DNA of 48,945 bases, the filler included, from Bipalium vagum (Eukaryota): NCBI GenBank assembly GCA_037834085.1. It is 2 parts of 2 records of this genome, joined end to end, with 100 filler letters (N's around TTAATTAATTAA, not from the genome) between each part and the next. Parts side by side here need not be neighbours in the genome. Positions count along the whole stretch, not along the records: positions 1 to 23,035 come from JBBMKC010213919.1; positions 23,136 to 48,945 come from JBBMKC010174377.1. One strand, 5' to 3'. The translations under genes were made by a program, and so were the position numbers. The notes below the pieces were generated by a model that ran no database searches, had not been told where the DNA came from, and saw only the letters and a list, made by a program, of their open reading frames with translations. Positions 12,303 to 24,289 of the stretch are shown one piece after another; the stretch's first letter is position 1; every line of letters begins with the position of its first letter.

Positions 12303-15300
12303 TAAGTTAGTTTTCTGAAATATTATAATTTTAATATTATATTATTCTAATCTATAATACAAATTATACAAGTTAAAAAAATGATATCACATAAAATGTT
12401 AAATATATATAATCCAAGACTCATTTTCACTTCAATTTCTACTTCTTTGCAAATTTGAACATAATTTCACTGATTTTGAGTTTTATCAAAGTGTTAATTT
12501 ATTATTCTAAAAATTATTCCAAATAGTTTCTTTGGAATAATTATTATCGAAGTTTAACAATTACTCTAACCGTGTAATTTAACGACGTTTAACAGTTTTT
12601 AAAATAATTTCTTAAATTATTTTTCTTTTCAATTATTGGTTGATTTATTGATGAGTAATTAAACTTTTTATTCTCGGCTATAGATCTCAAGGTACCAATA
12701 AGTATTATTTCTAGGATCCATTTCACATAAGTTTTGAAAGTCAACACCTAATTTTCTTAACTCGGAAACATGCGGGAACCCGAAATATGTTAATACTGGT
12801 TTCTGAATAATTTCACAAGAAGTCATAGTTTTTCATTTTACGATCACACCAAAGATTTTTCATGTGTTTTATAAAACATTGATTTTTGATATACATTTTA
12901 AACTCTTAAATGTATACCGTGTTATGTAATTTATTTGTGTAATTTATTTGCATTAATGTGTATTTTTGACTATTTATTTTAACTAAATGACAAAATATTT
13001 TAGCAATTTTTAAAATTTTTGCTTTTTTGGAAACCATGAGGTATAAATATTTAATTCTTGATTAAAATCACATGATGATAAATCGAAAATAAACAAAATG
13101 TAATTTTTCAACGATCTTTTAAAATTATCCAATAATGATTTTCGATGTCCTTTTGAGACTTCAATTGTAAACTAAAAAAATATACTCATCATAAATCACA
13201 TATAGGTTGGCGAATTTAAAACGTTCGAAAGTAATGATTGATAACTTCATTCCAATGCAGGTATATTGGTAAATGGCTCCGAGTACAACAACCATTAAGC
13301 GTGTGATTAATCATTTCGAACGTGAGGGTAATGTTTATGTTATCCCAAGAAATAAAAATTGTCCCATACGAACTACTGACAACATCGCTGTAGTAGCCGC
13401 GGCAATTAAAATCAATCCGAGATTATCAACACGCAGACTGTCTTGTCAACTCAATATCAGCAGACGGGGTTTAAGTAAAACTTTATATTACAAGTCATGC
13501 AATTTTGATAAGGTCAATTAAAGAACAAACACTCTCGCATCATTGTGATAAACAAAAATTCTAATTAAAATTTATTGAAAAATTATAATTCGAAATTTGA
13601 TATATAAAATCCGCAACTTCGTACTGCACAATCTAACAACTAATAAAAGAAATATTGATTATCTATATATTATTATTTAGTAGGTAAAGACAGATTATTC
13701 TTTAAATGATTTGGTTTATATTTTCAAAATTCGGTTTAGTTAGTATTATAATTTTATTTTAGTTCGATATAGGTAGACTAACATTGACAGGAATGGATTG
13801 ACATATTAAGACCTGATTTCCAGTGATTTTTTGAAGGATCAAGTATATTTTAAGAGGTTGATTGGGATAATGAAATAATCATTATTGGTAAATCAATGAA
13901 TCCAAAATTATTAATATATTATTCACACAATTATAGATAAAAGTTCTATTATGGGCAATGAAAGCAAAGAAAATAATGTCAAATTAATATTGTTTTGAAA
14001 AATATATTTTCAAATTTGATCAAAAAAATCTTTAATGTTTGAAAAAGTCAATATTATTGATACATTATTAAGTGTTTCGTGGTCCACTAGGGGTGTTATT
14101 CATTATGATCTTTTGCAACAAGATAAAATAATAACAGTGGATGTGTATTGTGGCCAGTTAGACAGATTGAAGGAAAAACTTGAAAAGAAGTGGCCAGCTT
14201 TGACCAACACAAATAAAGTAATTCTTCATCATGATAACGCACGGCCGCACACCACAAAGAGAACCCTCCAGAAAATTAAGAACTTCGGCTGGGAACTGTT
14301 ATTTCATCCTCCTTATAATCCTGACATCGCGCTTTCTGTCTACCATATTTTCGGTGCAATGCAACATTTTTTGGTCTGAAAAAAATACGATTTCCATGAA
14401 GTTATAAATATAGCCATCCTAAACTTCTTCGATTCCAAACCACATGATTTTTATAAAGATGGCCTTATGAAATTAGTTTCTAAATGGAGTGACATCGTAG
14501 AAAACAATGGTGCTTATGTATTTAGTTAATATATCTGTTCTGCGACTTAAAAAAAAAATTTTTTTTTATAAAATCGACATTACTTATTTGTCGACTTAAT
14601 AATAACTTAATCCATAAATTGAATTTTTCTCAAAAATTGAATTCAAAAAAGTGAATTCGCACTTAAAAGTATTAAGAAAGAAAACATTTTTCATCACTTA
14701 TATTTTTATATTAATATCAAAAATGATTTTATTTATAAATGTATATTGGTTAATATTAATTTGACCAGATGTGTATTTATGAAGTTTATATATAATAGAT
14801 CATTAAAAATATCAATAATGTAAAAATTCACCAAGTATTAGAACTTTTAAAATTTAATTTTCATTGGAAATTTTACCGATAAAGTATACATATAAAAACT
14901 CCGTAAAAGTTTTAAGTTTGATCATTTAAATTTGAAAACTTTTCTTGAATTTTAATGTGTACACATATATTCAAACATAAAATGGATATTGATTTTGACC
15001 AAAAAAATTCTTTCAGTACTAGTAAAATGTTTTTGAAGTTGTTTGAAAATTGGTTTGTAAAAAATTTAATTTTTTTATATTTTCTCTATTAGTGATTTCG
15101 AAAATTTTTTTGGTTAATAATTTTATTTAAAGTACTTTAGGTTATTCTCTTCAAAGTTCGATAGTAAACTTTTAATCATGAACATTTGTTATCAAGAAAT
15201 TCTGCCAATTAAAATAATTACATGAAAAAATCAATAATAATTAGAATAATTGACGGTTGTGACTAAGAATTCGTTTATTTACTTTAAATATTATTTACCC

Positions 15301-18300
15301 AATTTTAATTCTCAAAATAAAAAAATGCTTTGTAGATGCTATAAAATAATATTTCGAAATAAAGTTAAGATGAACCAAACATCTGGCAAAATAAATTCTT
15401 TAGAAGTTTTAAACTGGATGTGGTAAAGAAAATAAATTTATGTATGTCGGTTTGTTTTATAATCTTTTCAGATAAGAGCACTAAATTCCGCTCGGTAGAA
15501 CAGTTTATTTAATATTTAAAAAATTCTTGATTGTGGCTGCCCTACCTTTGGAAAGAAAACCACTTCAAAACATTAATAAACGAATCTCAGTGAATATCAC
15601 TACCGATCACGGATTGATAATTTTGTAGTTTAAAGTGTTTTCTTGAATAAATTTCTTCAGTTAGGTTTATGAAATTGTCTCGTATATTACATAGATATCA
15701 CTGGAACCAATTACATATATACAAGAATAAAAGTATTGAAAAGGTAGGTAAATAATTTCACAATGTGAGCAAGAAAATTATTTTTAAAAATATTTTTAGT
15801 GCCGAAAAATGAACTTAAGAAAGTAGAAATGAATACGAAACTATAATATATTTTAAAAAGAAAAGGATAAGAAAATACAAGAAAAGCATTAAAATAACTG
15901 AAAATGAATTCAATAAAGAAAAAGTGAATATAAAAAGTATTATATATTTCATGAAGAAATTTTAAACTTACAAAATTATCCAAAGGTTCTTAATCATGAT
16001 AAAAGTTTTCTTAGTTTTTTTTATTATAACCGTTTTAATATATATTCGACCTTTTAAATACATTATTTTTCATTATTAACATAATTTTTTTGTCTAGTTT
16101 ATTCATAGTTTACTTTTTTCCTGTTTTTTATTTTTCATTATTTCAACCTTGAAATAGCGTCTGCATTCAGATGACTGACTCCCTGTCGGTATTCTAGTTC
16201 CATACCTAAGCCACTTAAATAATTTATCCAAGTCTGGAATTGTGGAGTGATCGGTTTTATTGACGTGATCATGAATGTAATGGTCTTGTGATCTGTCCTT
16301 CATATGAATCTTTTACCATAAAGATAGGGTTTGAAATGATAAGAGCTTCTTTCAGGTAATGCAGTGCACTCTATCGTGGTCGGAAATTGCATGGGATCCA
16401 TATGAAATAACTCTTTCCTTACCTTCATTGTCCTTCTGGGCCAGCACTGATCCAATCGTATCAAAGCTGGCGTCCGTATCTAGAATAAGTTCTCTTCGTA
16501 TGTTTGGGAAACTTAGCATTGGTGGATTGGTAAGGGCTTTTTTCATCTCTGAGAAGGCTGTACGACCTTTGTCCAAATTAGTTTCTCTGTTACGTCCACA
16601 AAGTTCTTCTAATGATCTAGCCTTGTTTGCATAACCCTTAATGAAACGCCGCTTATAGTTTCAATAGTCTAGAAAACTACGGAGAGTTTTCACATACTTA
16701 GGGCGTTCAAATTTGTTTATAACATCGAATTTCGTAGGGTTGGCTTTCACTTATCATTGCCCCAAAAATTTTATTTCTTTTTGTATAAATGAGCATTTGT
16801 CGCGTTTATTGGTAGTCCTGCTGATTTGACTCTCATCAGCACTTCATTTAAGCGTCTCACATCTCACACAGCTGCAATGAATTCTTCCAGATTTTCATTC
16901 TTCCTAAATGTCTCCGACATTAGTCTGCTTAATAGCAGATCCGATTTTGGTATGGTCGCCATGTCAGCTACAGCAATTTCATTTTTGATGTCTGGAATTA
17001 TAAAAAAAAACATGCTTTCAAAATGTATTAAAAAAAATTATCTGCCGACAACCGTATTATTTAAACAACAAATAATTTTGAATTGATTTTTTAATATTAT
17101 TAATAATCCTCACAAGATATATTCGACTTATTAAATACATTATTTTTCATTATTAGCATAATTTTTTTGTCTATTTTATTCAAGGTTTACTTTTTTCTGG
17201 TTTTGGAAGAATAAAAAACAGATGTTAAAACAATGAAACCTGACATTTTAATAGTAACCGTGCAGCTGATATTTTTGGCTGACTAAAATGTGATCAAATT
17301 TAAATAGAAAAAATCGAATTTTTTCCCTATATATTTCTGAATAATTTTCTATATATTTTTGCATAGAATTATATATATTTTGAATATTTTTCTATATATT
17401 TATGCATAAACCTGTAATATCAATTTATTGATATTATGTAATATTTCGATAAAAGAATTTGCTTAAATAATCATCTAACATGTCAACGATATTTCAAGAA
17501 TAACGATATTTCTGAATAATTTTCTATATATTTTGAATAGAATTATATGTATATTTGCATAGAATTACATATATTTTGAATATTTTTCTATATATTTCTG
17601 CATAAACCTGTATTACTCCAAACACCTATTTGGGAAGTTCCGTCTTTTTACAATATATTGAATTTAAAATAAAACTTAAAAAGCAATTGTAAGTTTTTTA
17701 CGGATTGCTTTTATATATAATTATTCATTTTGAGGTGTTATCGAAATGAAAACAAAAGAATATTCAATGGAAATAAGAAGTCACGTAATTCAACATTATA
17801 AATATGAAAATGAAACTTTTCTGAAAGAAAAATTACTCGACAAGAATCCAAAATCCATTGTTCATAGCATAATTGCAAAATATAGAATGTTAAAGCGAGT
17901 TGAAAATAGAAAAGGAAGAAGGATGGAAATTTTTACCGAGAGAGAAGATAAAAATAATAAGCGAACTAAAGTTAAATCCAAAATTAAGTGCTAAAAAATG
18001 TTTTCCGAAGTCTAAGATAAGATGATGAAGTCATCAAGTACCCATACAACTCGAAATGTGTTGCATCGAGTTGGATTTCTAAATGAATATTCGAAGAAGA
18101 AGCCATATTGTGAACAACAAGAAAAAGATTAAAATTTGTATGAGTGCATTTATTGAAAGATAATTCCTTTTGGAAATAAATTTTGTCAGATGAAAGTAGA
18201 TAAAGTGTTTTGGAAGGTTACAAGTATGTATAAAACCTAAAGAATCATTAAAATGAAAAAACTGAATCTTACTGTGAAACACGGTGGTGGCTGTTATGCT

Positions 18301-20887
18301 TTGGGGTTGTTTGAGTTCTTCAGGCGTTTGACAATTCGAGTTTATTGATGATATTATGAGCCAAGAACACTATCAATCTCTACTCCCAAGAAATTTGAGA
18401 CAATCAGCAAGACAACTTGGACTGAGTAAGCAATTTATTTTTCAACAGATCCAAAACACACAAATCAAAATCAACTTTGGAATACTTAAAGAAAAATGAA
18501 ATAAAAATATTCGAATGGCTTCTAATCTAATTGAGCATCTTATCGATCATGTGGAATTAGAGATAAGAAAATTTCATATTAAACTCTAAGAAATTAAAAG
18601 CATATTTTTATGCATACATAAGTATGGAAACACAGTGCATCAGAATCTTGTAAATTCTAAATAATAATAGTGTAATAAAAAGTTCTAGGTAAATCTAAAT
18701 TTTTATAATCATAGTGAATTAAAAGTCAACGTTTATAATGCAATTGGCAGGAAATTTAGTTAAGTATTTTAATTTAGAATGTGAGATATATATAATATTT
18801 TACTGCTCCATTAATTGTTTTACGTAGTGTGTATATTTTATATTTAAAGACAAATTAAGATGATAAACAGTTAATCTGAATAGCACTATTTTAAATATTT
18901 CAGACAGGAAAAATATGTGTGGAATTACACGAGATTAACAGAAGTAGGATCTGCAGATATAAAAAGGAATTTCAATAAAAAAAGCTTTAGATTGGCCTGC
19001 CAATAATTGTTGACACAATAAATAGTCATAATTAAAACACAAAATTTCATGTTATTATTGCTAATCGCTTAACTCTTTACTTTTATTAATATTTTGAAAA
19101 TATATAGATATATTTCAGCTCTGAAAAATATAAAATAAATCAACTTTTAAATACTGAAATTAATAGAATAATAATTAAATTAATTCTCAATTATTTCAAA
19201 GACTCGATCAATTTTAAACAGGAAACTGTAAAATAATAATAATATAAATAATAATAATAATATAAAAAGGCTAAATAAAATTAACTGTGGTATGTTTTTT
19301 TTGAAAAATAATTCATGAAATTCATGCCTGCTTAAATTTCTTTGTTTAGAAATAAATAATACGAAAGATTTAAGTAATGCAACAGTACCTGAAAAAATCA
19401 GCTCAAAATATTATGACAGGTGGTTGAATTATATTGTTTTAGGAATGTTATATTCTCAATCATTAAGAATTTAAAAATTATAAATAAATTATCAGATAAA
19501 TGTAAATATAAAAAAAATATGAACATTTTATATCTTTGTTTATAATTATTATAATAATTAATATTGTTGAATATATATATATATATATATTTGCATTTTT
19601 AAAAGTAGTTTAATAAATAAAAATATATTATTATTAAAATTTTATTATTATTAAATTGTAACTCTTCTAATATGCTAGGGAACCTAAAAAGTTTCCGCCA
19701 TTTTGACATAACTGCTTTAATTTGAATTACAGTTAAAATAAGTTTGAAATTCCTTATATACTTAGAATGAATAATTAAAAACAGTTATTAATATAATTTG
19801 CTTATCCGAATAAAAAGTTTCAAAAATTCAAAATAAAGAAATCTTCTGCGTTATGATTTTTTTCCTAAATGAAAAAATCCCACTTAAGTCGTCAAAAGAA
19901 CGTACACTTTCTAGGTCTGATACAATATCAGAAAAATTGGTGTGATAGGAGTTCTCACGATTTCTCCAATTAATTCTATTATATTTTTAGAAATTTGAAA
20001 GATGAAACAAAAGCGGTCTGAATTACTTTACAGAACAAGCGTTGTGTTTCATCATAAGAATGCTCGACAACTCAAATCTTTAATTTAATCGCAAAATTGA
20101 AAGAAGGTCTGATGCTTCCAGCGTATAGTCCACACTTAGCACCGTTAGACTATTATTTGTTTCAGTAGAATTTTTTTTATTGGAGTTCCAGTGGTTTCAA
20201 GAGAAGACTGAAATTTAAATTTTACATGTTTTTGATCAGTAAATCTAATTCTAATTAATTTACCAGATAACAAACGGCTATTGAACAAAATGGAACATAC
20301 TTGATTTAATAAAGTTCAAGTTTTTTTTGTTATATGAAAAAAAGTTGTTTGTCTTATTTTAAAAACGGCGAAAACTTTTAAGAACACCTAATAAATCAAT
20401 AATTTTTACTGTGTACCTTATTTGCCTATTGATTTTTCGAATTTATTTTGCAAATTTAAGATTTTTATCAGGCCGTCATTCCTACTGCTACTCGGTCTGC
20501 TGTTCTGGTTGGAGTTCTGTTGCCGACTTATGATTTCTCTAAGCGGGTATTGATTACTCAAGACTTTCTGTTGGATGACATTTCATGTCACTTAGTGTAT
20601 GTTTTCCTTTCTTTTCGTTATCATTTCTGAATGGAAAATATTTCTTAAAAATTCTCTTTTTCTCCATCCATTACAGATCCAGTCTTATAGCTGCTACTTT
20701 TGGAACATTTGTATCATGTCCCGTTGAAGTGGTACGGGTAAGTGTTTGAGTTTTTCATGTGTTCATCACAAATTTCATGTGAGATTAGATTCGAGTAATG
20801 AATGAGATAGCACCAAAAGAAAATCGGTCATTACTAGTGAATAATGCAAAATGTAAATACGAATCAGCAAGAGATTGTTTGAAACAG
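7538..20887 (+). CDS. SLC25A30: Mitochondrial carrier, SLC25A14/SLC25A30 (UCP5/BMCP1/KMCP1)-like. Exons 7538-7595, 7639-7798, 7935-8026, 8121-8206, 12078-12176, 20472-20596, 20677-20737, 20789-20887. 3'-partial.
   Basis: All introns are GT-AG and the 780-nt spliced frame is open. It reads [35 protein letters not shown]...[28 protein letters not shown]...[12 protein letters not shown]...EGFGGLYK...PVEVVRIRVMN...RDCLKQ. It has three Px[D/E]xx[K/R] carrier signatures, and RQASYGT.KIG.Y is typical of SLC25A14/30. The last ~35-40 aa were not found. Confidence 0.92.
9490..9563. repeat. (TAA)n microsatellite
   Basis: About 24 consecutive AAT units in carrier intron 4. Confidence 0.97.
10830..11290 (+). 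mobile_element. Tc1/mariner-superfamily transposase N-terminal (HTH) remnant, interrupted by a tRNA-like insertion
   Basis: TIKHFKRKG...[16 protein letters not shown] continues as [11 protein letters not shown] after the insertion. Resembles the minus-strand remnant at ~34000-34400. Confidence 0.6.
11114..11183 (-). tRNA. tRNA-Ala-derived pseudogene or SINE head
   Basis: Minus strand reads GGGGATGTAGCTCAGCGGTCAGAGC...GGTCCGAGTTCGAATCCCGGTATCTCC, with A box, B box and a G3:U70 Ala identity pair. The anticodon arm is distorted and the T-stem has a mismatch. Confidence 0.8.
12232..12302. repeat. (ATT)n microsatellite, imperfect at the left end
   Basis: Direct reading. Confidence 0.95.
13200..13560 (+). 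mobile_element. Tc1/mariner-superfamily transposase HTH remnant
   Basis: [20 protein letters not shown]...RTTDNIAVV...[17 protein letters not shown]. Confidence 0.7.
14060..14602 (+). mobile_element. Mariner (DD34D) 3' half with right TIR
   Basis: [39 protein letters not shown]. Ends ...TACTTATTTGTCGACTTAATA. Confidence 0.9.
16300..16870 (-). mobile_element. Gypsy pol fragment (RT C-terminus, connection, RNase H start)
   Basis: Minus strand reads [34 protein letters not shown], and [15 protein letters not shown]...[18 protein letters not shown]...VISYGSH. Confidence 0.88.
17333..17612. repeat. Local ~85-105 bp direct duplication made of short AT-rich subrepeats
   Basis: TATTTCTGAATAATTTTCTATATATTT...GCATAAACCTGTA occurs at ~17333-17416 and ~17507-17612. 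Confidence 0.8.
17615..18700 (+). mobile_element. Degenerate Tc1 (DD34E) transposon
   Basis: [21 protein letters not shown] start, SDES, TVKHGGG..MLWGC, FIFQQ.PKH, LIEHL. Boundaries approximate. Confidence 0.85.
19672..20393 (+). mobile_element. Internally deleted mariner with both TIRs, degenerate
   Basis: Left TAGGGAACCTAAAAAGTTTCCGCCATTTT matches the reverse complement of the right end, TAGGTGTTCTTAAAAGTTTTCGCCGTTTT. Internal FHHKNAR and [15 protein letters not shown]. Confidence 0.75.
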
Positions 20888-23035
20888 GTAATAATAAAGA
20901 TTTTATTTAAATTTATCTGAATTTAATGATCATAAAAATATTAGTCAATTTTTCTGTTGAAATTTTGATTTATCGATTTTAATTTTATTATCAATAATTT
21001 CTTATTTTTTAATTAATTTGATTATTTATTGTTTTATATAAATGTTTAAAAAAATGAAAAAATTAATAATTATAATTTATAATTAAAGAAAAATATTAAT
21101 AGATCAAAGAGATTAAAAATAATGATTATAACTATAAAAATAATCAATAAATTTAATTACAAAACAAAAAATGTTAATTAACGTCCACGACCACCAGTAA
21201 AATTTAAACTTCGTAGATGAATATTGACAAGAGGAGAGCAATCTTTATATTTTTTAGCATCATTGCATGAATTTATCTCACCACCGACAGAGTTTCACAT
21301 AGAAAATCTCAAAGACTTCACGGTCATATTTTGTAATATATTAGAAAATGAATAGGTCGTGATTTTTCATGACGGATTGAGCTGAACAAGTAAATTGAAA
21401 AATTGAAGTTTTTTGATCATCGAATTGAAACAGTAGAACTTCAACTGAACTTAACAATTATTGATTTATTATCATTGGTCTGCTTTAGTTCATAAAATTA
21501 CATATTTTAAAATTAACAAAATCTATTCAAAAATTTATTTTCTTAAAACATGTTATGAACTTTTCTTTTCACTTCTTCATCAGTTTTAATTAATCGCAGT
21601 AAACATTAATCATCCATTGATCTTTACCCTCTTCATGTTAATATTTGGTTGCCTTTGTTGGATTAATAATGATTCGCAGATCTTTCGTTCGTAATTGTTA
21701 TCAAAATTTCCAATAATTATATGAATTCGTCTTCTTTAATCTTGCTTTTTCTTTCGCGGTGATTCAGTATTTTGATAGTTCTTCTTGGTATATATTATTA
21801 TATCCATGAAATTTAAATTGGTACACGATATTAGCACTAGATTTGATTTTTAATAATTCTTAGTTTTTGATGTTAATGATATTATAATTCCCATGTTTTA
21901 GTTTTTTATTTTTTTGAAAGTTAAATCCCTTGGGAAATTGTATTTTACAACATTTTATATCTCATGTTTCTTATTTATTTTTAATATTTTATTTTATTTT
22001 TCAAGAATGTTTCACGTAATTAATTTCGTAACGTTGTCATTAATGATCCATTTCTATACTCGCTTCTTATTAATCTTTCTTTAATTATGTCTAATTATCT
22101 ATTCATTTGCTTATAATCGGATGTTAATGACCATACTCTATTGATTACTGGACCATTTTTATATTTTTCCTCCAGTATGTTTCTTTTCTATACATCCTAG
22201 TTGTCAATTTATTAACCTCTTTATCCTTTCTAATAATAACATTTAGGAATGTTATTTTTTAAAATTTTATTTATTGATTATCATTGTAATGATTATTGTT
22301 TTAATTTTAATTTTTCGTATTTACAACTTTTATAATTATTGATTTTTACTAATTTTATTATAGTGTATTAGGGCATTTGAAAGATTCTGATTTTTACTAG
22401 TTATTTAAATTTTTTTTCATTTAAAATAATGATTTTCAAAATTGATTCAAAAATTTAAAAGTTTGACAAAAATTCTTTTCTATGCATATTTATGGCCGCG
22501 AGTGCATTGACATTAAACTGAAATGGCGGTTTTATACAATTTATAGTGTGTCCTTTTGATAAGGTCACAAGTTTGTTTCACATGTCGATGACCTGGAAGT
22601 AGGACTGTTGTTAAAGTTGTTTTCTTCAGTATTTTATTGAAGTGTTTGCGGTCAATTTTTAAGGAAAGTAAGTTGGTAACGTTTTCAGAAATCAATTATA
22701 TGCTTTTTATGATTTTTTAAAAAATATTTTTCATTGCAAAAACTTTTTAAAATTTATTTTATCTTTTGAAAAACATGAATATAAATCAAATTATAATTTT
22801 TTGTATTAAAGACGCTTAATAAAATATTATTTTCCAAAAATACACATTTTATAATAAATTAAAATTTAATCTGCTTAAGAAGTTATTTTTATAACATGTC
22901 TCGAAGTTTTAATCAGCTCATCAATAAGTCAACAGTAATATTATTCATATCTTAATTAAAAATTTATTAAATTGTCATTGTTAAAACAGTCAATTAATTT
23001 TTGCATTCTTGTGATTGTATATTGATCTCATTATT

Positions 23036-23135
23036 NNNNNNNNNNNNNNNNNNNNNNNNNNNNNNNNNNNNNNNNNNNNTTAATTAATTAANNNNNNNNN
23101 NNNNNNNNNNNNNNNNNNNNNNNNNNNNNNNNNNN
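23036..23135. other. Artificial contig linker: N44-TTAATTAATTAA-N44
   Basis: Exactly 100 nt and symmetric. The 12-mer is palindromic and gives stops in all six frames. Confidence 0.9.
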
Positions 23136-23858
23136 AAAAACAAATGAGATATGATATCTACTCAAAACTGATTCAAAGAAATACCAATAATCCATTTTTC
23201 ACAGAATAATTACGTGTGATGAAAAATAGATCCTTTACGATAACCGTAAACGTCCATCTAAGTGGGTTCAGTTCCAAATTGTTCTCCAAATCAAAGTTTG
23301 AATCCAAAAAAGATGTTGATATCAGTTTGGTGGTGTCAGACGGGTTTGATTCATTATGAATTCCTAAAAAACGGTGAATAAATAACATCAGATGTATATT
23401 GCAAATCAATTGGAACGTATGCATTAAAAATTAAAAGTTTTGCATCCAACAATTGTCAACAGAAATATTCCAATTTTGCTGCATGACAATGCGAGGCCAC
23501 ATGTCGCAAAACAAACACTGTAGAAGGTAAATGAGCTTGGACATGAGATTCTTCCCCACCCGGCATACTCAGCGGACTTATCTCTTACGGATTATTATTT
23601 ATTTCAAGCATTACATTATTTCCTGTCTCGAAAGATTTTCAATACTTACGACACCGTAAAACAGGTATTTGAGGAATTCGTTGTGTCTCGTAAACATGAT
23701 TTCTATGAAAAAGGAATATTAAGTTTTCAATCACGTTGGGAACAATGTATTAAATGTAATGGAAATTATTTTTAATAAATAAATGTCTTAAGTCAAAAAT
23801 TATTTCATTTTCTTTTTCATTCGAAAAAACGCTAATTTATTTCCGAACAACCTGATAT
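23136..23858 (+). mobile_element. Mariner (DD34D) 3' two-thirds with right TIR, truncated by the gap
   Basis: ITCDEK*ILYDN, LLHDNARPH, HPAYSADLSLTDYYLF, RWEQCIKCNGNYF. Ends ...TTCCGAACAACCTGATA. Confidence 0.9.
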
Positions 23859-24289
23859 AAACAAATTTATAATTTTAAAATGAAGAATTTTTATTTTAAT
23901 TAAATATAAGGATCATACAGTTCTTGATTCTATTTAATGTTTCTGTTTGTCAATCTTAATCGAGAGACGTAACTAGTTTGTGTTATTATATATTTTCTTT
24001 TAAGAAAAGAATTGAAGATTAGTGAACATCATTTAACTCTGTTTATTATTACAAGGATTTTAAAAATAATTAAATATAATATTAAATGATTTTTATCATT
24101 TCTAAATAATAAATAATACTTTTACAAAGAAATCATTTAATCATCAAGCGATATATCAATCGTTTGCTGTTTATATTTTAAATAAATATGATTGGTTGAT
24201 AAATTAAACCAATTAAATTTTTACTTTATATTTGTTTTAAATTCGAATAGGAGTAAATAATCAATAACTGAAAAACGAATATTAAAAAA

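Noticed and set aside
12700-12900. Possible LINE RT thumb remnant (PVLTY, minus strand), and similar faint coding-like patches at 8600-9300, 21200-22200, 31700-32200, 42600-42860, 46130-46560 and 47060-47400
   Set aside because: Too degenerate to assign by eye. No second supporting motif was found.
15711-15983. Hydrophobic Phe/Ile-rich ORFs (also 34006-34302 and 43420-43647) as membrane proteins
   Set aside because: Expected from T-rich strands in AT-rich DNA, or antisense to TE remnants. No splice or motif support.
16815-16850. Hammerhead ribozyme core CTGATGAG on the minus strand
   Set aside because: It is part of the RT coding frame (EVLMRVK), and no matching stems or GAAA were found.
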